Shown here: piece after piece, positions 62,671 through 63,992 of the stretch
Layout: each line of letters begins with the position of its first letter
How positions within the stretch are numbered: the stretch's first letter is position 1
Origin: Octopus bimaculoides
Taxonomy: Eukaryota
Direction: 5' to 3'
DNA: 63,992 bases
Assembly (NCBI RefSeq): GCF_001194135.2
Contig: NC_068987.1
Location: 34,190,867 to 34,254,858 of the forward strand
Made by a program: the position numbers and the translations under genes
The notes under the pieces: model-generated
Told to the model about the DNA's origin: nothing
The model's input: the letters and a program-made list of their open reading frames with translations, nothing else
Database searches by the model: none

Positions 62671-63487
62671 AGAAAATAGTCAAAAGCCTTACATCTCCAG
62701 TCACATACAAGTATTTCTTATTCACAAATTTATATCGCTAAGTTCCAATTGAAATGCAATTTGCCGGTATGAATCTATGAAAGAAAATGCTTATCGCTTC
62801 GTATATTACGCTCGAACATGAAATCAAACTGTTGAGAAGTGAATGCCTTTACCACTCACTCGCATTTGCATAACGCAATACTAAAAATAAACATAGTATT
62901 GATTTCTTATTCAACGAAAATTTAGTATTCTGTTGTAATGTGAAAAGACATAGTGATGATCAACCTGAATGTGTTCCCATTTCTCATTTTATCATATCCG
63001 GAAGACGGAAAATATAGCAGCAGCCATCGGGATTTGAACTGAAATTACTGAATGTAATAATGTTAGAACTAATAATAAGGGCTCTATTATTTCTACAGCT
63101 TTCGTTTAATAGTTTCTGAAAGCAATTTTCTCACATAACTTGAATGTTAAAAATACAAATGCTGTTTTGTTGCATAGAAATCTTAAATTTATATTCTTAT
63201 GTATGTTTATTTTGTTCTTACTGAAGCTGAATTCTCTTATATTTTCGGCTTTTAACAGCTCAAATAGTGGATTACTCAAGGGCAGTATAAGAAATAAACA
63301 AAGAAAGGGAACAAAAGTGACAATCGAAAGCAAAATAAAATAACTGAAAATAGAAAAAAAAAATAGCTGCACAAGAAAATGTGCGAAAGAGAAACATGAA
63401 CTGATATATAGAAATAAGAACTGCATTGCTATTCTAGCAACATAAAATGTGTATATATATGTGTGTGAGTGTGTGCTCGCGCGCGTG

Positions 63488-63488
<1 letters not shown>

Positions 63489-63576
<88 letters not shown>
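63489..63576. repeat. Long (TA)n microsatellite; similar tracts at 21759-21822 and 6718-6758
   Basis: Seen directly. Confidence 0.95.
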
Positions 63577-63579
<3 letters not shown>

Positions 63580-63992
63580 TGTATGTATATGTGTGCGTGC
63601 GTGTGTGTTTGTATGTGTGTATATGTATAATTGTGTGTATCTGTGTGAGTGTGTGTGCGTTGATGTATGCGTGTGTGTGTGTGTATGTGTGTGTGAACTT
63701 GTATGCGCAAAGAAAGAGACCGTGACTCAAAAACGCACTTAAAGATATCCACTTACAGTCACATGAACTGACACAGAAACACTACATACACGTTCGCGCG
63801 CACAGTGTAATGGGTGTACGTATATCTTCATATACACAACTACCGAGACATATTTTCTACACTCATGTACATATGTGAATATATAATATGTATGAATATG
63901 CGCATATAAATGTGTGTATATATGTATATGTGTATATACTTGTATATATATGTATACATAATATGCATGTATGTATATATATATATATATAT

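Overview
AT-rich, repeat-dominated metazoan genomic DNA from a gapped draft assembly, with 14 N-gaps mostly flanked by (TA)n, (CA)n or (AAT)n. I found no confidently supportable host protein-coding gene, rRNA, true tRNA or CRISPR array. The ORF track is almost entirely microsatellite, antisense-of-TE or N-spanning artefact. From memory the SINE and LINE families look like those of octopus (coleoid cephalopod) genomes; this is inference and was not checked. The window holds decayed mobile elements: three R4/Dong-type RLE LINE families tied to (TAA)n, RTE, CR1 and L1/Tx1 LINEs, a Gypsy LTR element, four Tc1/mariner elements, Penelope-like (GIY-YIG) remnants and several tRNA-derived SINE families. 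The most interesting signal is a set of minimal type I hammerhead ribozymes of the kind found in Penelope-like elements, carried by three unrelated non-coding element architectures. (1) A 445-bp unit with a partial tandem repeat and a fully canonical hammerhead at 41919-41984. (2) A tRNA-headed SINE with a hammerhead, inserted as a head-to-head inverted pair inside a mariner (33623-34280). (3) A ~290-bp-arm head-to-head inverted element with a hammerhead in each arm (5547-6253). Together they suggest a cephalopod family of ribozyme-bearing, Penelope-mobilised non-autonomous retroelements (retrozyme-like). Other signals: a SINE 3' tail shared with the Tx1 LINE 3' end, repeated loss of the RT core from LINEs that keep both ends, an RTE with twin-priming geometry, and an LTR followed by a PBS.
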